Shown here one piece after another: positions 48,753 to 49,589 of a DNA stretch of 49,589 bases. Where the stretch lies: NCBI RefSeq assembly GCF_001194135.2, contig NC_068989.1:35320118-35369706 (forward strand), in the 5' to 3' direction. The DNA comes from Octopus bimaculoides (taxonomy: Eukaryota). How positions within the stretch are numbered: position 1 is the first letter of the stretch; the number at the start of each line of letters is the position of its first letter. The position numbers and the translations under genes are program-made. A model generated the notes under the pieces. That model was not told where the DNA came from, ran no database searches, and worked only from the letters and a program-made list of their open reading frames with translations.

Positions 48753-48834
48753 TACGCATGCGCATGAGACTCTTCCTGTATTCCTTCCGGAACTAGTCCC
48801 TGCGCATGCGTGGATAAATTCTCCAGAAATGGCG
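48753..48834. promoter_or_regulatory. Cluster of NRF1-, ETS- and YY1-like motifs
   Basis: TACGCATGCGCA (48753-48764), CTTCCGG (48784-48790), TGCGCATGCGTG (48801-48812), AAATGGCG (48827-48834). Confidence 0.5.
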
Positions 48835-49589
48835 ATTGATATTAGGCGCCACTACATCAACCAGTCAGAGTAGTGGAGACTACGGGGTCCAAATAGCGGC
48901 CAAAGGCTAGCTGTTACCTGCTACGTTCGAATGCATGTATATATAATACAGGGGAGAGAGGAATTTCACTCGAGTGTACGCTAAAAGTCAAGTATATATG
49001 TATACATGATGGCTGGTCCCTCGTTATCGTGTATGGCCATTGCACGAAGATTAACTGTTAACGGTGCTGTGATCGAACGAGACTTTTTAGCCCAGCTAAA
49101 GATCTACAATGTTTTGTACAGAATTGGCTGCTAAAACCTTTACTAGCAATAGCCGGCTGTAGTTGTAACTGGGCTTCATGTACCTTTGCATGCCGTTTAA
49201 GTCCTCCCTCTGAATTACACTCCCTTTCACATGCCTGTCAGATATGATTAGTATGGCGTATAGCACCATCACTAGTGGCCTGGTTGTCAATCATCGGTCT
49301 CGCTTTATGACTACGAAGATGTTATGTTTCCCTCGGACTGACTCGCAGAGATAACATAACGAGTTATACAATTTAATTATTACATTTATTGTTCAATTAC
49401 ATACAAAGAACGCACTCACCCAATGTTCGTTATGAATAAACAAAAGTCATGTCCGCCATATATATATCAATGACATTTTACTACGACAGTCCCACAAGAC
49501 AACAACAATGAAACAATGAACTCAGACGAACCACATGACACACGGAACGTCAGACGAATTACATATCTAACAGTCCATATAACAGAAGA

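Noticed and set aside
1-49589. CRISPR arrays, rRNA genes, operons or other prokaryotic systems
   Set aside because: None seen; the repeats are microsatellites, transposons or duplications, and the genes have spliceosomal introns.

Overview
AT-rich animal genomic DNA from a gapped draft assembly (four N gaps). The SINE families and microsatellite load look like octopus or another coleoid cephalopod; this is an inference. Most of the six-frame ORF track is noise. Two spliced genes lie tail-to-tail. On the + strand are the last six coding exons of an FGGY carbohydrate kinase (8759-19967; its 5' exons are not in the window). On the - strand is an apparently complete seven-exon YJU2B/CCDC130 splicing factor (44316-23612, about 381 aa). 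An unidentified + strand gene probably starts at a CCAAT/TATA promoter near 47.5-47.9 kb, and an orphan 195-codon ORF lies at 904-1491. The rest is transposon-derived: R4/Dong-, CR1/L2- and RTE-type LINE pieces, tRNA-derived SINEs, a Merlin relic, a near-full hAT, hAT MITEs, an internally deleted Helitron carrying a nested TA-flanked foldback element, and a mariner relic. The most unusual signal is three separate hammerhead-ribozyme-like cores (6869, 34069, 45741). One lies inside a ~325-337 bp direct-repeat unit with retrozyme-like architecture. Also notable are two pre-miRNA-sized hairpins and a tandemly repeated splice acceptor in YJU2B. All ribozyme candidates carry defects and none has been tested.
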